This document shows, one piece after another, positions 32,187 through 40,512 of a stretch of DNA of 48,385 nucleotides. Origin of the DNA: a virus; the IMG/VR virus record IMGVR_UViG_3300010033_000002, positions 1 through 48,385 of that record. One strand, given 5' to 3'. The position numbers and the translations under genes are program-made. The notes under the pieces are model-generated. The model was not told where the DNA came from. It did no database searches and was given only the letters and a program-made list of their open reading frames with translations. How positions within the stretch are numbered: position 1 is the first letter of the stretch; every line of letters begins with the position of its first letter.

Positions 32187-34129
32187 ACTTGTTCCAAAGA
32201 CTGAACCCTTTTACCGGATTCCGTAACCTTGCAAGCGCAATGGTTATTAGTCGTGATCGCCCACGGAATCCGGTTTTCTCAGAAATGAGTATCAGGCGAG
32301 CTGTTAAGGAAGGTTACAAAGAAAACAGTTGGGTTTATAGGTCCATCTTTCTAAAGAGTAAAGCAGCAGGCGCAGTTGCATGGAGCATTGTTGATGGTGA
32401 GGGTACGAAACTTCCTGACCATAGACTAACAACGTTGATAAACCGGCCCAATCCTTTTGTGTCTAAACAGGAGTTGTTTGAGCTTATAACCTCCTGGCTT
32501 GAGCTTTCTGGAAACTCTTATCTCAAACGTGCTGATAGCAATGGCTTAACGCAGGAGTTGTGGCCTGTATCGCCTGATAGACTCCGGCCTGTACCCACAA
32601 CTGACGTGGAAAAGTGGGTTGAAGGGTATAACCTTGACAATAAAAAAAGGCCTGGTGGTGGACCTGAAATAACATACCAGCCTGAAGAGGTCATACACCA
32701 TAAATATTTAAACCCTGCAAATCCTATCATTGGTATTGGCCCTCTTGAAGTCCTGTCAAAAACCGTAGACGTTGACAACGAGCAACGAAACTTCAACATG
32801 AGGACCACACAGAATCGCGGCGTTGTTGATGGCGTGTTTATGTTTAAACGTAAGTTCTCAAGCTTGTCAGAAAGCGACGCTGTGTCAGACAGGATAAACG
32901 AAAAGTTTGGTGGGAAACGGTCCTTTGGTGTACTGGGTAATGAAGCCTCTTATCAAAGGGTTGCATTAACACCTGCTGAAATGGACTTCATTCAATCGAG
33001 GCGCTCTAACAGAGAAGAGATCTTTATCTGTTTTGGTGTACCCCCTGTTTATGCTGGTGTTATGGAAGCGGCTACTTTCAACAATTATAGAACATCAGAG
33101 TTAACCTTTTGGTTTGGGACAATGTTGTTTCTTTTGGATGATTTGCGGGACACTTTGAATTTTGCCTTTGCAGAAGAGTTGAGGCCGGGTGAAAGGTTTG
33201 CATATGACATAAGCAATATCCAGGCCATACGCGAAGCTATGTTAGACAGGACGGAAGTGGCCCAACAATTGTATGACATGGGTGTACCTTTCGATCAATT
33301 GAACAGAGTGTTCGAATTGGGTTTTGAGGAGTTTCCAGGTTGGGGTGATCCAAACCCGAGACGAGCAAGAGAGACCGTTACAACGCCCACAGAGGAAAGA
33401 GAGTCAAATAGTGTCAAGACCGAAAAGCGCCAACAGTCGAAACCCATTGAGTTTCGTATATCAGGCGAAGCACTAAGAGACGCCATAGAGGAAAACGCCA
33501 ATGATAACCAGGGCGTTATAGCTGACTTGTTTCAAACACAACAGGATGCTGTATTTGAGGCTCTAAACAACAACATTGATACAGACGTACGTGCAGTACT
33601 CGACAACTCTGTAGACCTGTTTATGGACAGGTTAAATACATTTTACGTGCAAACGGGCGTAATGTTCGGGCAACAAACTGAAGTCGAGACACGACAGAGC
33701 GTTGAAGAGTTAACGGCAGAGATTGAAAACTACCTTGATGAAGAAAGGGTCTTGCTTAATGAAGTTGCCAATATCAATGCAACTACTGCTGAAAAGATTG
33801 TAAACCAGGTAAGAAGTGCCCTTGAATCGGGAGCCAATATATCCACGCTCCAGCAAGCCATAATAGACACGGGTATACTGAGTGAGGTTAGAGCCTTAGG
33901 TCTTGCAAGGACAATAAGCGCTAATGCTGCCAACCTGGGGCAACTCAGAAGCGCGGCATTGAACGGGGCAAACGAAAAGACCTGGATCACAGCAGCAAGT
34001 GATGTCAGGGAGACCCATCAAGACCTTGACCAGGTTACTATCAGTCTTAACGATACTTTCAATGTAGGCGGAACAAGGGCGGAATATCCCGCTGCAAATA
34101 ACTTGCCCCCTGCCGAGCGTATGAATTGA
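32183..34129 (+). CDS. Portal protein (HK97 family) fused to a Mu F / SPP1 gp7-like minor head domain
   Basis: Portal segments: ELITSWLELSGNSYLKR and GVPPVYAGVMEAATFNNYRTSELTFW. C-terminal segment WITAASDVRETHQDLDQV...FNVGG..AEYPAANNLPPAE resembles the MuF core. Confidence 0.85.
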   Translation: MNLFQRLNPFTGFRNLASAMVISRDRPRNPVFSEMSIRRAVKEGYKENSWVYRSIFLKSKAAGAVAWSIVDGEGTKLPDHRLTTLINRPNPFVSKQELFELITSWLELSGNSYLKRADSNGLTQELWPVSPDRLRPVPTTDVEKWVEGYNLDNKKRPGGGPEITYQPEEVIHHKYLNPANPIIGIGPLEVLSKTVDVDNEQRNFNMRTTQNRGVVDGVFMFKRKFSSLSESDAVSDRINEKFGGKRSFGVLGNEASYQRVALTPAEMDFIQSRRSNREEIFICFGVPPVYAGVMEAATFNNYRTSELTFWFGTMLFLLDDLRDTLNFAFAEELRPGERFAYDISNIQAIREAMLDRTEVAQQLYDMGVPFDQLNRVFELGFEEFPGWGDPNPRRARETVTTPTEERESNSVKTEKRQQSKPIEFRISGEALRDAIEENANDNQGVIADLFQTQQDAVFEALNNNIDTDVRAVLDNSVDLFMDRLNTFYVQTGVMFGQQTEVETRQSVEELTAEIENYLDEERVLLNEVANINATTAEKIVNQVRSALESGANISTLQQAIIDTGILSEVRALGLARTISANAANLGQLRSAALNGANEKTWITAASDVRETHQDLDQVTISLNDTFNVGGTRAEYPAANNLPPAERMN

Positions 34130-34176
34130 CGGTGTACTTTATTGTATAGCATAGGTGATGCTTAAAGGAGAATAAC

Positions 34177-35253
34177 ATGACAAAGGCAGAGGGCAAGAAA
34201 GAAGACAAAAGAGAACATTTCTCAGGCGGCAAGATCCTTGAAGTTAGGGAGTCCGACGGTGAAGGGCAGGGCATTGTAACGGCGTACCTTACAAAATGGG
34301 ATACCGTCGACAGCTACAGGACAATGTTTAAACGCGGTTCTTTTGAACGGTCATTCCGTGAAAAAGGCCCTGAAGGCCTCCGGCTGATATTCAACCATGA
34401 CCAACTCGCAGGAAAAATTACAGAGGTCAGGGAGGACGACTATGGTCCCCGTGCAACTGTCAAGTTTAACCTTGGCACTACGGCAGGCCGTGATGCTTAT
34501 GAGCACGTAAGACATGGTGATGTGGACTGCTTTTCATTTGGTTTCAACACGATTGATGACAGATGGAATGCAGGGGTCAGAGAAATAACGGACATTGATT
34601 TATTTGAGTGCGGCCCGGTTGTGTTCCAGGCAAATGATGATGCCAAGATAACAGGCGTTAGGGCAACAGACTTTGCAGAAACTCAAAGGATAAGGGAGCT
34701 TAATGGTAGAGGCTGGCAGCTTCTTTACTCCCTTGAGGTCACACTTGATGATATCTACTTTCAGGGGCGTGAAGTTGCGCCTGATACTATTATAACACAG
34801 GTTGACACTGCCATAGCAGAGTTCCACAGTCAATATATGGAGTGGATAAGGGAATACTACGGATTCTTTGAAGAACGTTCAGATGGTAATCTTGAAAACA
34901 CTCGTAACGCCCTCCGTACTGAAGTAAGGAACATGGACACAGAGGCCCTTGTTAAAAATTCATCCCTCACACAGGATGAAGTGGATACCATGGTTAAAGG
35001 TGACTTGCTCAATCGTGAAGGTAGAACAAAGCTAAAAGAAGCAGACGAAAAGTTATACAAAGTTCATCAGCAGACACGTTCAGCAGCCATTGAACAATTG
35101 TGTGATGAGCTTCGCATGGGTGATTTCAACACAGGTGAAAAAGATCGAGTACAAGCCTTGTTGGCCCTGTCTGAACCCCCAACAAATCAACTTGCTGGCC
35201 TTGTCGGTTTTGTCAAGGACTTACGCAAAAACATTAACAGAGGAAAGGAGTAA
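34177..35253 (+). CDS. Prohead protease (HK97-type) with C-terminal scaffold-like region
   Basis: AYLTKWDTVDSYRTMFKRGSFERS, LIFNHD and DCFSFGF follow the prohead-protease pattern. The C-terminal half is helical and charged. Confidence 0.8.
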   Translation: MTKAEGKKEDKREHFSGGKILEVRESDGEGQGIVTAYLTKWDTVDSYRTMFKRGSFERSFREKGPEGLRLIFNHDQLAGKITEVREDDYGPRATVKFNLGTTAGRDAYEHVRHGDVDCFSFGFNTIDDRWNAGVREITDIDLFECGPVVFQANDDAKITGVRATDFAETQRIRELNGRGWQLLYSLEVTLDDIYFQGREVAPDTIITQVDTAIAEFHSQYMEWIREYYGFFEERSDGNLENTRNALRTEVRNMDTEALVKNSSLTQDEVDTMVKGDLLNREGRTKLKEADEKLYKVHQQTRSAAIEQLCDELRMGDFNTGEKDRVQALLALSEPPTNQLAGLVGFVKDLRKNINRGKE

Positions 35254-35256
35254 CAA

Positions 35257-36483
35257 ATGGCGACAACAGAGGAGTTAATCAAACAGGTACAGGGCGAACT
35301 TGGCAAAACGTTTGAAGAGTTCAAGAAAGCCAATGATCAGTCCATTCAGGAAGCGGAAAAGCGCGGCGGGGAAGCCCTGGCAGAAACTGAGTCCAAAGTC
35401 ACAGCGCTTAACGACAAGCTTAGCGAGCTGACAAAGGAACTCAGAAGCTTAGAAACAAAGAAAAACCGCCCTGCGAAAACAACCGATGGTGAAGGCGGCG
35501 AAGAACTGACACCAGAAAAAGAACTCAGATCAAAGGCCTATGAAAAGTATATCCGATTCGGCGTCGGCGAAACCGGGCGTACCCACTTCGCTGAGGAAGA
35601 GCTAAGGGCACTTTCGGGTACTTCTGATGCTGACGGAAACTTCCTGGTCCCTGATGAGTTCGAAACCACAATCATCATGAACGCTTTCAACCTCGCAGTA
35701 CTGCGGCCCTTGGTACAGGTTGGTACCACTTCAAGGGACAATGTTAAACTGGGTGCCCTGTCAAAACCAATTGTTGGGTGGGGTTCACGGGGACTGTCTG
35801 TCTCTGACCAGCAGTTGAACACAGGTGGGGTACAGATCCCAATCAAAAATGTAAGGGCACTGGCCCTGCTGTCCAATGATACCCTTGATGACTCGGCGGC
35901 AGATGTCATGGGTGAACTTGAAAGCGGTTTTGAACTGGCAGTTGCAGAAGCTGAAGACGACGGATTCATAGCGGGCACAAACCCGGATGAGCCCTCAGGA
36001 ATCTTGGCAAACACAAGTGTGTTGGCAAATGTTACAAACACCGGGGTCGCAAACGCCATTGCAGATGGCAGCAACAATGGTTTTGACGCCCTGAGCCAAA
36101 TGGTTTACGCACTGAACTCCACATACAGGCGCAACGCATACTTTGCCATGAATTCACAGACAGAAGGTGCATATCGTCGACTGAAAGACAGTGACGGGCG
36201 TTACCTGTGGGATACGGCACTTGATACAGCAGGTTCCCCGACACTTTACGGAAGACCCGTTGTCAACCCCGAAGGTATGCCGGATGTAGCAGCGAATGCC
36301 TACCCCGTATTGTTCGGGGACTTCAGAAGTGGTTACAAAGTACGCGACCGCTCCGGCCTGGTTATCCAGCGCCTTGTTGAACGTTATGCCGAGTTTGATC
36401 AGACTGGTTTTCTGCTGAAAAAACGCGTTGGTGGAAACGTATGCCTGCCGGAAGCTTTCAGGGTGCTGAGAGTTGCGGCATAA
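35257..36483 (+). CDS. Major capsid protein, HK97 fold, with N-terminal coiled-coil delta-like region
   Basis: The coiled coil runs to about residue 70. GNFLVPDEFETTIIMNAFNLAVLRPLV is typical of HK97-family capsids. The gene follows the protease. Confidence 0.88.
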   Translation: MATTEELIKQVQGELGKTFEEFKKANDQSIQEAEKRGGEALAETESKVTALNDKLSELTKELRSLETKKNRPAKTTDGEGGEELTPEKELRSKAYEKYIRFGVGETGRTHFAEEELRALSGTSDADGNFLVPDEFETTIIMNAFNLAVLRPLVQVGTTSRDNVKLGALSKPIVGWGSRGLSVSDQQLNTGGVQIPIKNVRALALLSNDTLDDSAADVMGELESGFELAVAEAEDDGFIAGTNPDEPSGILANTSVLANVTNTGVANAIADGSNNGFDALSQMVYALNSTYRRNAYFAMNSQTEGAYRRLKDSDGRYLWDTALDTAGSPTLYGRPVVNPEGMPDVAANAYPVLFGDFRSGYKVRDRSGLVIQRLVERYAEFDQTGFLLKKRVGGNVCLPEAFRVLRVAA

Positions 36484-36498
36484 AAAAGGGGGCTAACA

Positions 36499-36693
36499 AT
36501 GCTAATCAAAATGCTTGAAGACTGCCCTGTATCAACAACCGGTATCAATAAACTTGACTGGGTTAAGGGTGAAAAGTATGAAGCACCGGAAGAACTGGCA
36601 GCAAATCTCATTGAAGCCAAACTTGCGGCAGAGGTCAAGAACGTAACCAAACCCAAAGAACGGGCAGCAAAAGCGCCCAAAGAAAAATCATAA
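36499..36693 (+). CDS. Small head-module protein (64 aa)
   Basis: SD AAGGGGG. Lys/Ala-rich C-terminus. Confidence 0.55.
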   Translation: MLIKMLEDCPVSTTGINKLDWVKGEKYEAPEELAANLIEAKLAAEVKNVTKPKERAAKAPKEKS

Positions 36694-36705
36694 GGAGGCA
36701 ACACC

Positions 36706-37098
36706 ATGAAAAATGACCCCGGCTCAAGTTACGCAATTTCCAGCGTTAGGGCTGCGGCATCTGTTACGGCCAGCACTGTACAGACGACAGCCATTGACCA
36801 CAAAGACAGACAAACCGCCACATACCTGATTGACGTGGGTACGTTTGCAACGTCCTTTACTGCCAAACTCCAGCATTCCCCTGACAACTCCACCTGGACC
36901 GATGAGGTTGCAGGAGCCGGTAACACCCTTACAGGTACACTTACCGGTGCCGGAACACTTGAATTTGATGTACCCAATCCCAGGGCCAGATATACACGCC
37001 TTGAAATCGTCCTTGGTGGCACCTGTGTGTTCTCCGTTTCCGCCGTTGCAGGCCCTCTTCTGAATGTGGAACCGGCAGCAACTACCCTTGTAACTTAA
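36706..37098 (+). CDS. Putative head decoration or head-fibre beta-sandwich protein
   Basis: SD TAAGGAGG. Position is directly after the capsid gene. LQHSPDNSTWTD resembles a jelly-roll carbohydrate-binding-type strand. Confidence 0.55.
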   Translation: MKNDPGSSYAISSVRAAASVTASTVQTTAIDHKDRQTATYLIDVGTFATSFTAKLQHSPDNSTWTDEVAGAGNTLTGTLTGAGTLEFDVPNPRARYTRLEIVLGGTCVFSVSAVAGPLLNVEPAATTLVT

Positions 37099-37105
37099 TA
37101 AAGCA

Positions 37106-37139
37106 GCATGTGGCACAGCATTAATGCTGTGCCACATGC
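37106..37139 (+). terminator. 34-nt perfect palindrome (hairpin) after the head genes
   Basis: GCATGTGGCACAGCATT|AATGCTGTGCCACATGC. It has no U-tract, so it may be an attenuator or stability element rather than a strong terminator. It explains the mirror-image MWHSINAVPHA ORFs on both strands. Confidence 0.5.
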
Positions 37140-37149
37140 AGGAGCAATC

Positions 37150-37707
37150 ATGCCCATTGAACTGGTATCTTTTACTGACATAAAAAACCTTATCGGCTTA
37201 GAAGATGCAAGCATTTCAGACTACCCTGGATTACAGGTTATCTTAAACAGACTCCTGCATTCTTTTCAAACCGAACTTGGCCGGGAATTTGAAAGGGTTG
37301 AAAGGACCGAGACACACTTTATAAACGCTACCCCCACTCGGATGATACCACTTAAGGGTCTACCTGTTCAAAGTGTCTCACAAATTGAAGTCTTTGAGGA
37401 AAACATATCAGGGTCTACGTTGTTGGGGTCTACTTATCACACAACTGAGTACGGTATTAGGTTGTTTGATGCGTACAGAAACACAAGAGTAGTGGTTACA
37501 TATACAGGTGGACTCGCTGACATTTCTGAAGAGCCGGCAATAAACTCTGCAGCTATTTACCAGCTTGCCTATGAGTTTGACCAGAAAGACCAGATAGGAG
37601 CGGAGTCTTTCACATCGGAGGGCGGCAGGGTCGACAGACCTCCTTTGGGCCTGTTGGCCGAAACGGTTAGAATGTTGCAATCTTCATACCATCCTTTGAA
37701 GCTTTAA
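37150..37707 (+). CDS. Head-tail connector (gp6-like) protein
   Basis: Start moved to the SD-supported ATG (GGAGCAATCATG). VSFTDIKNLIGLEDASISD matches the N-terminal pattern of head-tail connector proteins. Confidence 0.65.
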   Translation: MPIELVSFTDIKNLIGLEDASISDYPGLQVILNRLLHSFQTELGREFERVERTETHFINATPTRMIPLKGLPVQSVSQIEVFEENISGSTLLGSTYHTTEYGIRLFDAYRNTRVVVTYTGGLADISEEPAINSAAIYQLAYEFDQKDQIGAESFTSEGGRVDRPPLGLLAETVRMLQSSYHPLKL

Positions 37708-37722
37708 ATAGAGGTTATCTGA

Positions 37723-38319
37723 GTGGCTGAGATACAAGTTGAAATACAAGGCGCTGATGAGGTTCAAACATTTTTGGACCGCATGCCCGATTCACTGTTT
37801 GTTTCGACACGTCAGATATTCAGACGGGCTGTATTTAGAGCTGCAAACAAGGTAAAACAAAATGCAACAGGAGTCTTGAATGTCAGAACGGGAACCTTGA
37901 GAAGGGCAATTGATTCTGAAGTTACGGGAAACAGTATCAAGACTCTTGTTGCATCTCTCTTTGTAAGGTCAGTAGTTAGCGGACAATCCTTGATCTACGC
38001 CACAACACATGAATACGGTGCAACTATAACAGCTAAAAATGCCTATAGAGGCGTACCTGGTGGCCCTTATCTAAACATACCCTCAGACGAAAACAGGACC
38101 CCGGCAGGAGTTCAGAGACGTACTGCGCGGCAAGTGTTTATGGCAAGAGGATATATAAGCGGGAGAACTGTATATTCAGAAGACGACATACCCATGTTTT
38201 ATCTTGTCAAGTCCGTGACTATACCCGCAAGGTTAGGAATGAGAGAAGCCGCCGACGAAGAAGTGCCCACCATTCTTGAAGAACTTAGGGCCTTAACTGA
38301 AAGTGACTTAGGAGGATAA
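37723..38319 (+). CDS. HK97 gp10-like head-tail joining / tail-completion protein
   Basis: GTG start. NVRTGTLRRAIDSEV matches the tG.Lr.si motif of the gp10 family. Confidence 0.6.
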   Translation: MAEIQVEIQGADEVQTFLDRMPDSLFVSTRQIFRRAVFRAANKVKQNATGVLNVRTGTLRRAIDSEVTGNSIKTLVASLFVRSVVSGQSLIYATTHEYGATITAKNAYRGVPGGPYLNIPSDENRTPAGVQRRTARQVFMARGYISGRTVYSEDDIPMFYLVKSVTIPARLGMREAADEEVPTILEELRALTESDLGG

Positions 38320-38796
38320 ATGGTAGACCCTATAAATAAAGGCGTATTTGACAAGGTGGAAGAGCGTATTAGGTTAATAACCGTCGCCAATGGCTACGCC
38401 TTTGATGTAGGTAAAATACGTCGTGCCAGCCTGTCCCCTTTTAAAGGTCGTGACTTACCTGCTGCAAACTTTTGGGCCACTAACCTGGGCAATACAGTCT
38501 CTCAGTACACCATTGATGAAAGGTCACTGTCTTTAATGATAGAGTTCCACGATAAAACAAGGGATGAACCTTTTGTTGATGTATGCGACAGAATGGCAAA
38601 GGCCCTTGTAACGGCAATGAACAGGAGCCCAGCAGAACCAAGGCCAGAGGACGAACAAGACCAGACATTAGGTGGAGTTGCTGACAATGTGATATTCAAC
38701 GGATATGACTATCAAATAGGCCAGGACCAAAACCCTTTTTGTGCAATACTTGCGCAGTTTACTATAATCTATAGCTCAGACATAAACACCTTATAA
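38320..38796 (+). CDS. Neck / tail-terminator candidate (by position)
   Basis: Clean ORF between the gp10-like and major tail genes. Confidence 0.5.
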   Translation: MVDPINKGVFDKVEERIRLITVANGYAFDVGKIRRASLSPFKGRDLPAANFWATNLGNTVSQYTIDERSLSLMIEFHDKTRDEPFVDVCDRMAKALVTAMNRSPAEPRPEDEQDQTLGGVADNVIFNGYDYQIGQDQNPFCAILAQFTIIYSSDINTL

Positions 38797-38809
38797 CGGA
38801 GGAAAACAA

Positions 38810-39829
38810 ATGGCTACCAGTAAAAACGGACGCTTATTCTTTGAAAGCGGCCAAACCTTTTTTGATTACACGGCAATGACCGATAGTGGAGACGGCACAG
38901 TTTACAACCTGTCTGCTGCACCTGTGTTTTCCGGTCGTTCTGGATTTGAACCCATTGTGCGCCCAAACGGCATTGTTACAGGTCGGAACCTCCTTTCAGC
39001 TTCAAGTACTAATGATACCGTCGATGTCAGCGCGTTTACGGCCTATTCAGCCGGAACGGAATACTCCGTATCTGCAACTACCGCAACAATAACACGCCCT
39101 GCCGGGAATGTTTCCAAGGTCAATTCTATTACCATGGATGACTCTGGAGCCATTGCCGTTCTTGCCGGAACTGACGGAGCAACGGCCAACTTTTCGGAGA
39201 CAAGGGGTGCGGCAGGTGGACCGCCTGAAATCCCCGCCGACTCTGTAGAGATTGGACAGGTCAGGGTTGCAACGTCAACTGCTGGTGCAATCGGTGCTGC
39301 TGAGATCTTCCAGGTTGTTGGAACACATGCAGAACGTTATGATCTTCCGGCATTTACTATCAATAACATAGGTACAGGTCTTGCCGCTGAAACGCCTGCC
39401 AAGACAAACGCCTTTGTTGAATTCGCCGACGCACTCCCGACCATTCATGCCTCAGCGTCAAGGAAGCGTGTTTACATCCGTTACAACGCCCCGATTTATG
39501 CCCAGGTAGCAAGGGCCTTCGACTATGTACCTGCCGAGAATACCCAGGCCATTACCTCGCAGCAGTATTACGACGGCACAGTCGGTTCCGTGTCAACGAC
39601 ACTGGGACAGGGCAGTTTCTCCGCTCTGACAGACGACAATATCACTGACACAATTATTGGTCTTAGGGATCAGTTGTTGACCTTTCAATTCTTCCCCGAC
39701 AAAAATAAAACGGCTTACTCCTTGACTCAGGGGACAATGGGCGTTGCCCGTACATTCCCGGTAGACAATCAGAATCAGGCAGATATCACAATTTCGGCGG
39801 AAGTTGCAAGCGCGGACTTTTCCGGTTAA
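38810..39829 (+). CDS. Major tail (tube) protein candidate
   Basis: SD GGAGGA. It lies immediately upstream of the G/G-T chaperone pair and is followed by a hairpin, as expected for a highly expressed structural gene. Confidence 0.6.
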   Translation: MATSKNGRLFFESGQTFFDYTAMTDSGDGTVYNLSAAPVFSGRSGFEPIVRPNGIVTGRNLLSASSTNDTVDVSAFTAYSAGTEYSVSATTATITRPAGNVSKVNSITMDDSGAIAVLAGTDGATANFSETRGAAGGPPEIPADSVEIGQVRVATSTAGAIGAAEIFQVVGTHAERYDLPAFTINNIGTGLAAETPAKTNAFVEFADALPTIHASASRKRVYIRYNAPIYAQVARAFDYVPAENTQAITSQQYYDGTVGSVSTTLGQGSFSALTDDNITDTIIGLRDQLLTFQFFPDKNKTAYSLTQGTMGVARTFPVDNQNQADITISAEVASADFSG

Positions 39830-39841
39830 CCCTTAATTAAA

Positions 39842-39860
39842 GGGGGTGCATTGCACCCCC
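39842..39860 (+). terminator. 8-bp GC-rich stem-loop after the major tail gene
   Basis: GGGGGTGC-ATT-GCACCCCC. No U-tract, so it may be an attenuator or stability element. Confidence 0.4.
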
Positions 39861-39874
39861 TGGAGACAGCAGAC

Positions 39875-40315
39875 ATGACTTTCAACCAAGACCAATTTAT
39901 GAACACCCAGTTCAAAGACAGGACCAAAGACGTAAGTGTGCCAGAACTTTCCAAGTTCTTTAAGAAAGGTACCAAGAAAAAAGACATGGTGTGGACTGTA
40001 AAGAACCTGGGAGCCAATGAAATTGCCAAGGCCAATGAGGCGCTTAAAAACAGTCAAGACCTGGGAAGCCTGCTTTCAAGCTTGGCATCCAATAACTCAT
40101 CTGAAAAGGTTGACGCTATCAAGCAAGCCATGGGTCTTTCTGACGACGTGCCAGGCGAAGTTATACGGCGCATGACACTCTTGACATGCGGGTCTGTAAA
40201 GCCGGAGTGCTCCCATGAACTTGCCGTAAAGCTCAGTACCGTACATTCTACTGTGTTTTACCGGCTTACAAATGAAATACTGTCCCTCACTGGGGAGGGC
40301 AGTGTGGGGGAGTAG
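39875..40315 (+). CDS. Tail assembly chaperone (gpG-like)
   Basis: Start moved to the ATG with GGAGA 9 nt upstream. Position is directly before the tape measure gene. It ends ...GEGSVGE*. Confidence 0.7.
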   Translation: MTFNQDQFMNTQFKDRTKDVSVPELSKFFKKGTKKKDMVWTVKNLGANEIAKANEALKNSQDLGSLLSSLASNNSSEKVDAIKQAMGLSDDVPGEVIRRMTLLTCGSVKPECSHELAVKLSTVHSTVFYRLTNEILSLTGEGSVGE

Positions 40316-40512
40316 AAGCCCTGTGGGCTGACAAAGGTGTGGTAACATCCTTACACCTTGCCCACAACTGGGGCAAACCCCTATTTGAAATAAGGCCTGA
40401 TTTGTTCCCACATGGCAGGTTAACGCCATTAGAGGTTGCACTATGGGATAAGTATTTAAATCACTTAAGTGAACTAAAAAAGGCACAGAAAACCAATGCC
40501 AAGAGACGTTAA
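40306..40512 (+). CDS. -1 frame extension giving the G-T fusion chaperone
   Basis: The -1 frame is open from 40276 to the TAA at 40510-40512. It reads GGVEALWADKGVVTSLHLAHNWGKPLFEIRPDLFPHGRLTPLEVALWDKYLNHLSELKKAQKTNAKRR. A run of 5 G (40306-40310) sits just before the zero-frame TAG. Confidence 0.65.
   Translation, partial: GGVEALWADKGVVTSLHLAHNWGKPLFEIRPDLFPHGRLTPLEVALWDKYLNHLSELKKAQKTNAKRR

Noticed and set aside
35538-36077. Long antisense ORFs inside the capsid gene (35538-36077 -) and the tape measure gene (41116-41853 -), plus similar ORFs inside the giant protein and portal genes.
   Set aside because: They lie fully within strongly supported sense genes and have no SD. Their Ser/Ala/Pro-rich products are typical of reverse frames of Ala/Glu/Leu-rich genes.
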